Counted from the first letter of the whole stretch, positions 26,958 through 39,902 are shown. The stretch is 63,543 nt of DNA, filler included, from Octopus bimaculoides (GCF_001194135.2; 6 parts of 5 records of this genome joined end to end with filler, not necessarily neighbours in it), one strand, 5' to 3'. The notes: generated by a model from the letters alone, not told the origin. Translations and numbers: made by a program.

Positions 26958-29447
26958 GTAAGTCTGTTTGTTTATATCGTCTGTCTAAGAATCATAATTA
27001 AGCTTTGCTCCATTATTTCAGGGGTTAACAAGTTCTATCTGTTCACTTTGAATAAACTACTCCAAAATAAGTCTGAGAATGAATATAAAATAATATCCAT
27101 TCCATAATCATTATTCCGACAAAATATATATTCTGTTTTGCCTTTGGCTCATCGGGAACAAAAGGTGTAACAGAATAGCTTTCTTCCAAGATCTAATTAG
27201 CAGATTAATTAAACCAAGTCCTTAGATCTGTTGTACCTTTAATACATATAACCTCTTATATAAAATTTACCCTTCTGTAATAATTTTAAATATTCTCATC
27301 GCTTTATTTCTTAATATAATTTTCATCTTCTTAACGCATTATTTTAGTTTTCTTATTTAAAGATAGAAGACTTGTTCTCTTTTATTTGTTCGATCAAGGA
27401 TAAACCAACATTTTTCACGGCAATGTGACCTTCACGATTTTCTTGTACTTTTAACAACTGAAGGAGAGACGGAATTAAGGAAACCTTTGTTGTAACAAAT
27501 CTGATTTATTTTGTTAATGTTTATCAATTTTTGTGTTTGAGTTGGTTGTCGATGAATATCACCATATCATCTGATATACCTGCCTCCGTTATTTCTTTTT
27601 TCTTTTACAGCCGTCTTACAAGACGGGTGTAATACCTGACCGACAGATTTTCAGAATAGCTATCATAACCTCATGGAGAAAGAATACTGACAAAGAATTG
27701 GATGGTGGTTTCCATTTGCGAAAGAATTTAATTTTTTTTTTACATTTTTGTCACTCTAACCCCTAAATTCCGTGCCGTTTTCCGATAATTTTTTTTTACT
27801 ATTACACCCGTCTACCGAGATGGGTGTATTGATAAAAAAAAAATACCTGTAAGGTTTCTTTAGCGATAACCTGAAGTAAATAGAATAATTTTTTTTTCTT
27901 TACTGTTTTCACACATTAGACTGCGGCCATGCTGGGGCACTGCCATGAAGATTTTTAGTCGAACAGGACTACCAAATCCACTCGCAAGGTTCTGGTCGGC
28001 CTGAGGCTATAGTAAAAGACTCTTACAGGTGGATAAATACAAAATCTTCGTATATTTTTACTTCGCTCTTCGTTTAAGTAAAGCCAGAAATTTTGAGGGG
28101 AAGGGAAAGTCGCTTACATCAACCCCCAGTTCTTGACTAGTTCTTTGTTTTATGGCCCTCGAAAGGATGAAAAATAAAGTCAACCTCGATGGGATTTGAA
28201 CTCAAAACATAAAGGACATAAAGCACTGTAACTCAGTATTGCAAGTGATGTCTATGTATAGAGTTTTCTTAGTTTAGTATTTCTCATCAACCAAACAAAA
28301 GATTGTGAAATTACAGAAAGGGTTATGTTAGACAAAATACCTTGCTTGTTTTTAGCTGTGTCCTTTTAATTCTTTTGATATCAACTTACCCGAGACTGCT
28401 TCTGATTCTCCAATAGAAATTCCTTGTTTTAAAATGTTTTAAAACATTCCATCAAAATTTAATATTTATGTTTCAAACACCAGCTTAATAATCCTTTTTA
28501 CGGGAAGAACAAGGCCTCAAATTTGGGGGAAGAGATTAAGTTGAGTGTGCATATTTGACAGTATAAGTGCCTCAAGAGAAATGTTGGACCTAAGAAGCAT
28601 CAGATGTGGTGTGCAAGAGAGACGATTGTGCTGGTATGGTCATGTGGCGAGAATGGATGAGGATAGCTGTGTGAAAAAGTGTCACACCCTAGTGGTTGAG
28701 GTGGTGAAGCATGACCTTTGAGCATTAGGCCTCACTGAGGCAATGACTAGTGACCGAGACCTTTGGAAATATGCTGTGCAAGCCAAGTGAGACCATAACC
28801 TGTGGCCTATGCCAGTGGTGTAACCAGCCCACTTAGACATACCTTTCTTTCATTGGACACTAAACTCTGCTTCTGAAGACCTGTTGAGGCAAGTGAAATC
28901 GAAATCAAATTCGATGACTGGCATCCGTACTAGTGGAGGGTTAAGAGCACCATCCAAGCGTAATCGTTGCCAAGGCCGCTGACTGGCCCCTGTGCCACTG
29001 ACACGTAAAAAACACCATTCAAGCATGATCGTTATCAACATCGCCTTACTGGCATGTGTGCCAGTGGTACATGGGAAACAACATTCGAGCGAGGGCGTTT
29101 GCCAGTGCCACTGGACTGGCTCCTGTGCAGGTGGCACGTAAAAACACCATTTGAGCATAGCTGTTGCTAGTACCACCTGACTGGCACGTAGAAGCACCCA
29201 CTACACTCTCAGAGTGGTTGATGTTAGGAAGGGCATCCAGCTGTAGAAACTCTGCCAGATCAGATTGGAGCCTGGTGCAGCCTTCTGGCTCACCAGTCCT
29301 CAGTCAAACCATCTAACTCATGCCAGCATGGAAAGCGGATGTTAAACGATGATGATGAATCAAAATTCAGGTTATGTTCAGAACAACAGCTTAATAATGA
29401 CAAAATTATTTTAATAAATTCAGCACACCTGTTTCTGTTTTCATTCT

Positions 29448-29481
<34 letters not shown>

Positions 29482-32400
29482 CCTCCCTCTCTCTCTCTCT
29501 CTCCAGGTAACCTTGTACCTCCTCTACAGCAAGACACTTGCTTCTGTCTCACTATAACCTTTCATTATCTGATACATGATCACCTCCTCTTATTCCTCTC
29601 ATCCTCATCTAATGTCCATGCTGGCATGAGTTGGACAGTTTGACTGGGTCGGCACTTTGGAAGGCTGCACCAGACTCCAGTCTGATTTGGTATGGTTCTC
29701 TACGGCTAGATGCCCTTCCTAATGCCAGCCACTCTGAGAGTGTAACAGGTGCTTTTACGTGCCATTTGCATCTCAAAAGATTTTTTGTCTTGCAAGGTAC
29801 TTGGTGACCCTGTCAGTGCAGGTGCCACTAAATGGCACCCAGTCCACACAGTAAAGCAGTTGGTTTTTGGAAGGGCATCCAGCTGTAAAAACCTTGCCAA
29901 AACTAACCTTGCCTGTGCTTGTACCACATAAGAGGCACTAAGTCCACTCTGCTGAATGGTTGGTCAGCTAGCTGTAAAAATCCTGCCAAAACAGTCACAG
30001 AAGTCTGGTGCAGGCCTCAGTCTGGCCAGCTCTTGTGAAACCATCCAACCAATTCTAGCATGGAGGGCAGACGTTAAATGATGATGATGATGAAGATTTT
30101 AAAAAGTTATTGAAACAAAGGTGGTGTATTTGAACAGAATATTAAAAATGTTGTGAGTGGCTTTGGTAGATGTGAGATCATCATCATCTTTTAACATCCG
30201 CATTTCCATGCTGGTATGAGTTGGACGGTTTGACTGAGGATTGGCAATCCTGGAGGCTGCACCAGGCTCCCATCTGATCTTGCAAGGTTTCTACAGCCGG
30301 ATGCCCTTCCTAACACCAACCACTCTGAGAATGCAGTCGGTGCATATTACGTTCCACCAACATGATAGTGGGTTCAAATCTGACGAGCAGTCTTTTGAGT
30401 TTTCTTTCCAAGTGGTTTTTGGACCCAGTATTTACATGCTGTTATTAATAACTGTTCTTTGTGTTCTACCACAAAAACAACTTCTTTTTTATCTTTATTT
30501 TAAAGAATTTTGTTTTTGTTTTTAGATGACCCCCTTAGTGAAGTGAAAATTGGTGAGATTACATCATGGGTTGGCCGAAGGAATATATCTCCAACTGGAA
30601 TGGTTAGAGCAGCAAACAGAGGTATGTGTGTATTCTTGTTATTGTGTGTTGTTTGTGTAATTAATTAGCCCCAGATCAAAGACATTCCATCCTTGACCAT
30701 TCCATCTTTAATTTCAAGCATAATGTATCTAAGACTCGATTATTCAATGTCTTCCTTTCGTTATTATATTTCTAAGTAAAACACACCACTTAAAAGTTTC
30801 AATTAAATTCTAAAATAATCACAAATTTAGACTGGTTTCATTAAACAACTGTAACTATTTTATTTATTGACATATTAATGTGATTTTTTTAAACACAATT
30901 GAAGGAAAGGTTCTTAATTCTATTGCATAATTTTTGTCTCAAATACCAGGCATGTGCCATCAGTAACTACTCAGGGTAGGCAGTTGGTGACTTTTATGTA
31001 ATAAAACACACAAAAAATTTAAAATAAGCAAAACACAGGCGCATGACTGAGTTGAAGGCAGATTTACTTCTGCCTTTATAATACGTAAAGAAAACAGTGT
31101 TGTAGGAATGTACGCAGCATGTGTACTACAGCAGTACTATGCGTAGCTTAAATACTGACATTGAAAAGCACGGGTGAATTATACCTACCTAATCTACAAA
31201 TAAATAAGGTAATTTGCATTTTATGCATAGTAATCAGAGTAACCTTCATAATTTTATTGAATTAGGTGCATATTTTGCCATAAAAGATAAATGTTGCTAT
31301 TGATTTATTTTATTCGAGGTAGGCACTGCCTATCTAGGCGGCATGTCCCTGGTAAATACACGTAAACAAGCTATTTTTTTCTCTCCGTTTGTTTACTTTC
31401 TGTGTAACAGTTTGTTTTCGTAGTGAGTGCTTCAAACAAGCTTACATTTCTCCATATCTTCCATTGAAAAGCCCTCAAATTTGGAATCACTGCTTGATAG
31501 CATGAAACTGTTATCCATTTTAAAAGTTGAAAAAGAAATTGCCAAAGAGAAAACATGGAAAAAAATCTCCCAAAATTCTCAGTTCATCAAACAATGTCAG
31601 ATAGTGTAACACAACTATTTAGAAAGTGAAGTGAAGTGATGTGTTTTGAATGTACTAATGTGATTTGTGTTGAAATTCACATTTAAATATCAATGGGTGG
31701 TCGATGCCAGTGCCGGTGGCATGTAAAAAGCACCATTTGAGTGTAGTTGATTCCAGTACTGCCTGACAGGCTCCCGTGCTGGCCGCACGTAAAACGCACC
31801 ATTCAAACGTGGTCGATGCCAGTGCCACCTAACTGGCATGTAAAAAGCATCATTTAAGTGTGGTCATTACCAGTGCCGTCTGTCTGGCTCCCATGCTGGC
31901 AGCACATAAAAAGCACCATTCAAGTGTGTCAATGCCAGTATCACCTGACTAGCCCTTGTGCTGGTGGCATGTAAAAGCATCCACTACACTCTCAGAGTGG
32001 TTGGTGTTAGGAAGGGCATCCAGCTGTAGAAACATCGCCAGATCAGATTGGAGCCTGGTGCAGCCTTCTGGCTTGCCAGTCCTCAGTCAAACCGTCCAAT
32101 CAATGCCAGCATGGAAAACGGATGTTAAACAATCATCATGCTGATGATAGGTTTGCATACACACACACGCATACATATGCACATGTGCACAACCCACATA
32201 CACCATGGGCTTCTTCTAGTTTGCATTAAATAAAATAATTTTGTCATTATTTAGCTGGTGTTTGAAATGTAAATTAACAATGAATTTTGATGGCAGGTTT
32301 TAATTTGGATCACTTCAAACAGGAAACATTTACATAAGAAATACACTCTAAAACGGTTTGCATTATGAAGGGTATCCACCCGTAGAAACCTTGCCAAAAC

Positions 32401-35031
32401 AGTCATGTGGAGCCTAGTGTAGCTCCTGTTGAACCATCCAACCCATGCCAGCATGGAAAACTAGCATTGAATGATGACAGTCTCAGCTGGGCTGGTCGCA
32501 AAAGGTTAAACCCTTTTGTTACTGTATTTCTATTGAGATGCTCTGTATTTTTTTCAATTACTTTAAATATAACAAAGAATTTAGTAAAATAACTTAGTTA
32601 TCATTCAGCTAGTGTTAGGAACATAAATTGTGACTAAGGTTTTGGTGGAGGATTTTAATTCAAAACTTATGAAAACAAGACATTTGTACTCAGAGCCAGA
32701 ACCGGTTTCAGCCGGGTTGATATCAAAAGGGTTAAGAATTGTTTTTCTATTATATATTTTAACCCTTTTCTTACCATATTTCTGTTGAGATGTTCTGTGT
32801 TTCTTTCAATTAATTTTAAATATAACAAAGAATTTAGTAAAATAACTTAGTCATCATTAAGCTTGTGTTAGGAACATAAATTATGACTAAGGTTTGGTGG
32901 AAGATTTTAATTCAAAACTTATGAAAATAAGACATTTATACTCAGAGCCAGTTTCAGCCAGGTTGGTAACGAAAGGTTTAAACCACACTTGCTGTCATGT
33001 GCTCTTTCTTATAACTAATTAACTTGTATAATTTTTGTTATTTCTAACTTATTTTCCAGTTCATTGGAGGTGGTTGCAGAGCTATTTCCTGACTAAGAAA
33101 GGCGGTTCTGCTGGAGTGGCTCAGTTTTGTGTTTTGATTGCCATGAGTTACTACTTCCTTCAATACAGATCCCACAGTGAGTATATACATATATTCTTTT
33201 ATTCCTTTACCCATTTCGCTGGAGCACCGCCTTGAAGGGTTTTTCAGTAAAAGAAATCAACCCCAGGACTTCCTTTTGTTCTTTTAAAGCCTAGTACTTA
33301 TTCTATTGGTCTCATTTGCTGAACTGCTAAGTTTCAGGGACATAAACACACCAACACCGGTCGTCAAGTGATGATGGGATGGGGGACAAGCAAAGACACA
33401 CACATATTTATATATATGGTAAATGGACGATACGAGGATTTTTATTAATCACTACAATTGTTTCAACACATCTAGCATCGATCCCTCATGGGTGGGATAC
33501 TCAACAACTGGTTCAGGAGCATCCAAAGGTGCAGATGTTTCGCTTCAGGTCATAAATAGATACAACTCGTTAAAATAACAGTTCTCAATGTTTCTTCTCA
33601 TTTCATTGTTAAGAAGAGTCACAAATTAAAGGATATATTTTCATTTTTATAGAAGATCAATAATAAAATAACAGATGCAAAAAAGAAGCGAACACGCAAC
33701 ACAGCGAGAAAAGTATTTAAAATAACTGTTAATGGATATGGATGTATAAACGCCCTCGTGTAAGTTGTGTGGCACATGTACACTTGCTCATACAAGCATC
33801 CATATGTAGGCATATGCAGACAAGTGGTTTGGTGCACATACATTCACATAGCGAGTTAAATAGCTACTTGGTGTTTATAAAAATGGGAAGGTTAAAGCTA
33901 AATTTAATTCATTCATACCTTAAATTATGTTAACGATTACTCAAATACATTCCCACTGCATTGCACGAATGTACATACATATATATATATAATTCAATTA
34001 AATCAAGGATATAAAATCTTCTTAAAGGGCTGTCAGCATCTAATTTTGCTAGTTTTATCCAGTGTTGCAGGGAAAAACCAAAAGTTAGTTTCGCATTGAT
34101 GGAAATGGGAACAGCTCTGGTGCAATGAATTTGATATTGTACAGAACTGAATATCCTTAAATAAGTTAATGTCTGTATGTCAGTTTCTCCATTTTATTTT
34201 TTTCATCCATAAATTTATATATATGTATGACGGGCTTCTTTTAGTTTCTGACTGACAGATCCTGGTGGCATGTAAAAAACACCCACTACACTCTCGGAGT
34301 GGTTTGCATTAGGAAGGGCATCCAGCTGTAGAAACATTGCCAGATCAGATTGGAGCCTGGTACAGCCTTCTGGCTTGCCAGTCCGCAGTCAAACCGTCCA
34401 ACCCATGCCAGTATGAAATGTGGATGTTAAATGGTGATTGTGATGATGATATCCCCTCACAAGGCTTTGGTCAGCCCAAGGTTATAGTGGAAAACACTTG
34501 CCCAAGGTGCCATGCAGTGGGACTTAAACAGCCACACCTGATGCTATTCTATTACTGTTCTTCCTGGTGCTGGTGCCATGTAAAAAGCACTGGTGATGGT
34601 GCCACACAAAAACACCAATGCTGATGCTGCACAAAAAACACCAGTGGTGATGCCACACAAAAGACACCAGTGGTGATGGTGATAGCCCCATGTAAAATAT
34701 GCCGTCCGTGGCATCTCACAGAAAGCATGATTGTGATGCCATGTAGAGAGCACTGGTGATAGTGTATAAGTAAGATCACAATATTTTACCAGAACAGGAT
34801 GCCAGCCTATGGGAGCCTTGTGGACTGGGGCACTGTGAAATGAAATGTTTTGCTCAAGAACACAGCACACTACCTCGACCAGGAATTGAAACCATGATCT
34901 TACAATCATGAATGCAACACCCTAACCATTGGGTCATATTCCTTCACTTTTTACTGATGTTTCTAGAAATTTACTTTTGGTCTCTCTTTTTTTTCTTTTC
35001 AGCTAACCATCGCCATGCCAAGTACCATTAA
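26873..35031 (+). CDS. ATP5MF: Mitochondrial ATP synthase subunit f, 4 coding exons (26873-26957, 30526-30621, 33060-33176, 35003-35031), 108 aa
   Basis: Manual splicing gives MGASIGTLPAEYNAKIHGPYNPGTYYGPHDPLSEVKIGEITSWVGRRNISPTGMVRAANRVHWRWLQSYFLTKKGGSAGVAQFCVLIAMSYYFLQYRSHTNHRHAKYH*. This matches the subunit f family: invertebrate-type PAEYNxKxHGPY N-terminus, EVKxGExxSW motif, WRW, one hydrophobic helix, C-terminal KYH. All three introns are GT-AG and phase 1, and the frame is preserved. Confidence 0.96.
28560..29357 (+). mobile_element. RTE-clade LINE 3' end with long 3' UTR (intron 1 of ATP5MF)
   Basis: LRSIRCGVQERRLCWYGHVARMDEDSCVKKC...EVVKHDL*ALGLTEAMTSDRDLWKYAV, then tandem modules and the aggaagggcatccagctgtagaaac...gttaaacgatgatgatg tail. 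Confidence 0.8.
29606..30360. mobile_element. Cluster of RTE-tail copies in both orientations (29606-29763 -, 29860-30092 +, 30178-30360 -)
   Basis: Each matches the ggaagggcatccagctgt / ccatgccagcatgga / gatgatgatg tail consensus. Confidence 0.75.
30526..30621 (+). CDS. ATP5MF: ATP synthase subunit f coding exon 2 (DPLSEVKIGEITSWVGRRNISPTGMVRAANR)
   Basis: Acceptor ttttgtttttgtttttag; 96 nt; donor GTATGT at 30622; phases match the neighbouring exons. Confidence 0.95.
31700..32145 (+). mobile_element. RTE 3' UTR copy with five tandem internal modules
   Basis: GGCAYRTAAAAAGCACCATT-like units at 31718, 31784, 31835, 31901 and 31966, then the standard tail. Confidence 0.75.
32506..32981. mobile_element. 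Two tandem ~225-bp MITEs with TTAA/CCCTTT...AAAGG(G)/TTAA ends (piggyBac-like), 32506-32735 and 32759-32981
   Basis: The two units align along their whole length, have short inverted termini and are flanked by TTAA. Confidence 0.7.
33060..33176 (+). CDS. ATP5MF: ATP synthase subunit f coding exon 3 (HWRWLQSYFLTKKGGSAGVAQFCVLIAMSYYFLQYRSH)
   Basis: Acceptor ctaacttattttccag with a CTAAC branch-like site; 117 nt; donor GTGAGT at 33177; overlaps ORF-track entry 33035-33235. Confidence 0.95.
35003..35031 (+). CDS. ATP5MF: ATP synthase subunit f terminal coding exon (NHRHAKYH*)
   Basis: Long pyrimidine tract tctctcttttttttcttttcag; ends CAT TAA; C-terminal KYH is typical of the family. Confidence 0.93.
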
Positions 35032-35044
35032 TTCTTGTGAGTGG

Positions 35045-35195
35045 AATAAAGTCATCTTTGAAAGTACCAAGTTGATGTGCAGTCATAGATTCTGAAGTTC
35101 TGCCAGACTGTGGGAAAATTATCAGAAGTTCCTTTAGATTTAATAAACTTAAATTTTAAATTATAGTTTGTTTTCTTTTTTTTCTATGTTTTTGA
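35045..35195 (+). terminator. Polyadenylation signals of the subunit f gene (AATAAA at 35045 and 35142; T/GT-rich tract 35161-35195)
   Basis: Two canonical hexamers follow the stop codon; the distal one is followed by a T-rich downstream element. Confidence 0.6.
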
Positions 35196-35379
35196 ATATA
35201 AAAAATGTTTAGTTTCAACTAATTTAACCCTTTTGTTGCCATCGTTATTTCAATTAAAAATATTGAGGGAAAAAAATGAATATAGTAAAATATATTTTTC
35301 ATTATTAATCCTTTTCATACCAAAGCTACTTGAGGTCACTGTTGATTTTAAGATTCTTTTTATTCTTTTATTTGTTTGT

Positions 35380-35745
35380 CATTTGACTGCGACCATGCTG
35401 GAGCACCACCTTTAGTCAAGCTAATCGACCCCAGGACTTATTCTTTGTAAGCCTAGTACTTATTCTATCGGTCTCTTTTGCCAAACTGCTAGTTTGGCAC
35501 ACCAGCATCAGTTGTCGAGCGATGTTTGGGCGGGGGGGGGACAAACACAGACACACAAGCACATACACACACACATACATATATACGACGGGCTTCTTTC
35601 AGTTTCTGTCTACCAAATCCACTCACAAGTCTTTGGTCGGCCCGAGACTATAGTAGAAGACACATACCCAACGTGCCATGCAGTGGGACTGAACCTAGAA
35701 CCATGTGGTTGGTAAGCAAGCTACTTACCACACAGCCACTTCTGC
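35380..35745 (-). mobile_element. Composite tRNA-headed SINE (families C+D) just downstream of the ATP5MF 3' end
   Basis: gacgggcttctttcagtttctgtctaccaaatccactcacaag...cttaccacacagccac is joined through (CA/TA)n to catttgactgcgaccatgctggagcaccaccttt. Other copies lie at about 33215-33410, 37445-37600, 37860-38200, 39520-39790, 43030-43200, 50050-50455, 51698-51820, 52425-52720, 57195-57340, 58240-58395 and 61680-62040. Confidence 0.8.
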
Positions 35746-35799
35746 ACCTCAAACTTCTTGATTTAAAATTATCAAAATATAAACTTCCATCAAAATTTT

Positions 35800-36093
35800 A
35801 TTAGGTTGTCTGGAAAGTTCCAAGCATTCATATATATGCAAAATGGGATATACTTCATGAACCATACTTTTAGAAACTTCTCTGAGTTCTCTAGTCGTGA
35901 TATTTGAGTTTTCTTCGATTTTTACCTTCAAAACCTCTTCATCCAATTTTGAAGGTCTTCCACTGCGACTGTTATCTTCCAAGCTAAACTCTCCAGCTTG
36001 AAATTTTGCAAACCACTTTTGAACAGTTGATTCACCTACAGCATCATCATCACCATAAACTTCACAAATGTTTTCGCAAGTCTTTGCAGCATT

Positions 36094-36131
<38 letters not shown>

Positions 36132-36185
36132 AGTGCATTACTATACAAATATGAAATTTTTGGTTATCTATTTCAAATATCAATA
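35800..36185 (-). mobile_element. Internally deleted mariner (HTH region joined to a terminal repeat)
   Basis: NAAKTCENICEVYGDDDAVGESTVQKWFAKFQAGEFSLEDNSRSGRPSKLD with a poly-T insertion; TIR-like ttattaggttgtctggaaagttc at about 35800. Confidence 0.8.
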
Positions 36186-36197
36186 AAGGTTAACCAG

Positions 36198-36388
36198 AAG
36201 GCGGCAAGCAGGCAGAAACGTTAGCACGCCGGGTGAAATGCTTGGCAAATATTTCGTCTGTCTTTATGTTTTGAGTTCAAATTCCGCCGAGGTTGACTTT
36301 GCCTTTCGTCCTTTCAGGGTCAATAAATTAAGTACCAGTTGCGTACTGGGTCGATCCCCAAAATTTTTGCCTAGAGTAGAAAAGAATA
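36198..36388 (+). mobile_element. tRNA-related SINE family A (core gagttcaaattccgccgaggtYgactttgcctttcatcctttcggggtcgataaattaagtaccag)
   Basis: Same consensus also at about 1205-1325 (-), 3650-3842 (-), 28070-28215 (-), 40592-40820 (+), 44085-44300 (-) and 53640-54015 (+, two copies). Confidence 0.8.
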
Positions 36389-39300
36389 ATGGGTGACCAG
36401 AATGAAAGATAAATCTATTTATAGCTAGCAACAAAGACAAGGTGCACTACCACTTCAAGCAACGCCAAAGTTTTACCTGTGTTACGTTTCAGGTGTGTTC
36501 AATGAAGCATTAAAAGATTTAGCTTAAAAATACAGAACTTTCTGGATAACCTAGTATTTTGTGTACCAAACACCAGCTTGCTAATGACAAACTGGATAAA
36601 TTATGGGTATTTAAAAAAATTAAGTGAAATGAAAACTGTTTTTCAACAGGATTCATCATAAATGACATCTGTTTTCCATGCTGGCATGGGTTGGATGTTT
36701 TCACAGGAGCAGCATAAAAAACAGACGTTAAATGATGATGGTGGGGCTGAAAGCCACACCAGACTCCAGTTGTCTGTTTTGGCATGGTCGCTGCAGCTGG
36801 ATACCCTTCCTAACATCAAAGACTTTACAGAGTGGACTGGGTGATGTTTACGTGACACCAACTCTGACAGGGTCCATAAGTAATGCAAGACAAAAACTCC
36901 ATTAGCTAGAAGATTGGGTGGCTTCATGCTAGTTGAGAGATTAGAGGGACAGGGATTTAGGTGATGCTTGGAACTTAAATTAACTTATAATTTTAAAACG
37001 GAAAGTTTACATCCTAGAATCAGGGGTGTTTTCAAGAAGGGGTTAAAGTGGAGTGAAACTAAGAATAGAAGCGTTAATTGGATAATTGTATTCATAGGCT
37101 ATTGATAAACAATGTAATATGGTGTATGTAAGGAATGAGGTTGAAAATAGATGAACCCTATTCATGGATTTTTTGGGGAAATATTTCTCTCTGCACAATG
37201 TATCACTTAACCCTCTCAAACTTGGGCCCCTGTATTTAACTTTACCTGGGTTCCTGAGCAGAATAAATAGCTACAAATGCACCTCAAGAGTTACGATTAC
37301 AGGAAAACAAATGGACAGAATCACAAAAATATTCAGGAGAGTAACAGTAATAGGCCTGTTTCTTAAGGCGGTGAAACCGTCCAATCCATGCCAGCATGGA
37401 AAGCAGATGTTAAACAACAACAATGACGATGATGATGATTATATATGATAGGCCTCCTACAGTTTCCATCTACCAAACTGACTCGCAAGGCTTTGGTCAG
37501 CTTGAGGCTATAGTAAAAGACATTTGCACAAGGTGCCACGGAGTGGGACTGAACTGAAGACCATATGGTTGGGGAGTAGATTTCTTACCACAAAGCCACG
37601 CTACGCCACTGACATAGGTCACATGGTTAAACTTTTCAAAGCCTTTATCAAAATTAAGGTTATACCTAGACATCTTTCATCAGAATTTGCATTTGCCAGA
37701 CAGTTTCTTCTGCAACGGAAACCATATTGCATGGAAGTTCTTGAAATAAACCTCTCTCTATCTGGAGAGTCTTATTATTGCTCTGTATATGGTACTAGGT
37801 TCAGTCCCACTCTGTGGCACCTTGTGATAGTATTTTCCACTATACATCCAAACTGAAAGAAGCCCCATTATATTTATATATATATAGCTTGCTTACCAAC
37901 CACATGGTTCTGGGTTCAGTTCCAGCCTTGTGAGTGGATTTGGTAGACGGAAACTGAAAGAAGCCCGTCGTATATATATATATATGTATGTAATATGTTT
38001 GTGTATCTGTGTTTGTTCCCAAACATCGCTTGACAACCGATGCTGGTGTGTTTACGTCCCCATCACTTAGCGGTTCGGCAAGAGATGCTGATAAAATAAG
38101 TACTAGGCTTACAAAGAATAAGTCCTGGGGTCGATTTGCCCAACTAAAGGCGGTGCTTCAGCATGGCCACAGTCAAATGACTGAAACAAATAAAAGAATA
38201 AAATATATATATATATATTATTTTGTTTAAAAGAGTTCCAACACTGTCTGTTTTTTATGTTTTATTTATATTCCTGCAAAACCAATGTGGGATATAGAAT
38301 ATGGAATATACAATATATAATATAAAATAAAAATGGATGGTACTATGAAATAAAGTATTGAATGTCTTATTGAANNNNNNNNNNNNNNNNNNNNNNNNNN
38401 NNNNNNNNNNNNNNNNNNNNNNNNNNNNNNNNNNNNNNNNNNNNNNNNNNNNNNNNNNNNNNNNNNNNNNNNNNNNNNNNNNNNNNNNNNNNNNNNNNNN
38501 NNNNNNNNNNNNNNNNNNNNNNNNNNNNNNNNNNNNNNNNNNNNNNNNNNNNNNNNNNNNNNNNNNNNNNNNNNNNNNNNNNNNNNNNNNNNNNNNNNNN
38601 NNNNNNNNNNNNNNNNNNNNNCTCAATATTTCATCTATTCAATAAGACATTCAATACTTTATTTCATAGTACCATCCATTTTTATTTTATATTATATATT
38701 GTATATTATATTATATATTGTATATTCCATATTCTATATCCCACATTGGTTTTGCAGGAATATAAATAAAACATAAAAAACAGACAGTGTTGGAACTCTT
38801 TTAAACAAAATAATATATTCCTCTATACACAATCATACAAAACCCCCTTTTTTTGTATTTATTTTTACTCGCATATATATATATATATGGATATACTGTT
38901 GTGTCTGGGGGAGAGTCATTCTCTTTTAGTGCCTTATAATTCATCACACTCACTGGCTCTCTTTTAATATACAAAGGTATCTTGGCTTCTTAAAAAATGT
39001 AATGGAATCTCTTTTATGATAAATAACCAGATTTTGCCACCTTATCAATTCAATGCAAAAAAAAATAGACGGGTTTTGAGATATAAATTTGGTAATTTTC
39101 CAAGATTTTAAACTCTTGTGTAGTATGGTGAGCCCACTAAAATTGAAGTGCCCCAGGTCCCCATGGTTTAAATCTGGTCCTGCATGGACTGAATTTAGTA
39201 GTAGTCACTGAGCTTATCAGCGTTGTGTGGTTGCTGAAGGGCTATTGTCAAACTGTTTTGAATGTGTAGATGTAGTGGAATGGTGATTCTGCTGCTGTTA

Positions 39301-39902
39301 AAGTAGCTGCCATTTTAAAAGGATACCTGTACACCTGGAGAACTATGTCGCATAGAACTAATTGTAGCAATTAAAAAATAAATGTTTAACCATATTCCTT
39401 CTTGTTGACTCCAATTTTTTCAATTATATATTTATGTGTAGTTCCACCAATGCCAGTATGGAAGGCAAACATTAAACCATGATGATGATGTATGTATGTA
39501 TTGTTTGTGTGTGTGTGCCTTTGTGTTTGTCCCTCACCATAACTTGACAACCTGTGTTGGTGTGTTTATGTCCCCTTAACTTAGAGGGTTCAGCAAAAGA
39601 GACTGTTAAAGTACCATGATTCAAAAAATAAAGTACTGGGGTTGATTCCTTCGACTGAAAATTTCTTCAACATGATGCCCCAGCATGGGCCAACTGAAAC
39701 AAAAAAGAAGAGGAACTGGGGTCAATTCATTCAGCTAAAATTCTTCAAAGCAGTACTCCAGCATGACCACAGTCAAATAACTGAAACAATATATATATAT
39801 ATCTACTGAGGGTGATAAATTGAATATTAATTTAATTAACATCAATTTAAAACCAGTGACCTAGCATATAAAAAATCTGAAAATTCAGAAAAATTGTATT
39901 AC

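Noticed and set aside
31700-31990. CRISPR-like repeat/spacer periodicity
   Set aside because: The spacers are homologous to each other, the context is a eukaryotic RTE 3' UTR, and no cas genes are present.
38205-38817. ~170-bp near-perfect inverted repeat flanking a 248-N gap
   Set aside because: Contig ends mirrored across a gap are typical of misassembly or an unresolved palindrome; this cannot be trusted without long reads.
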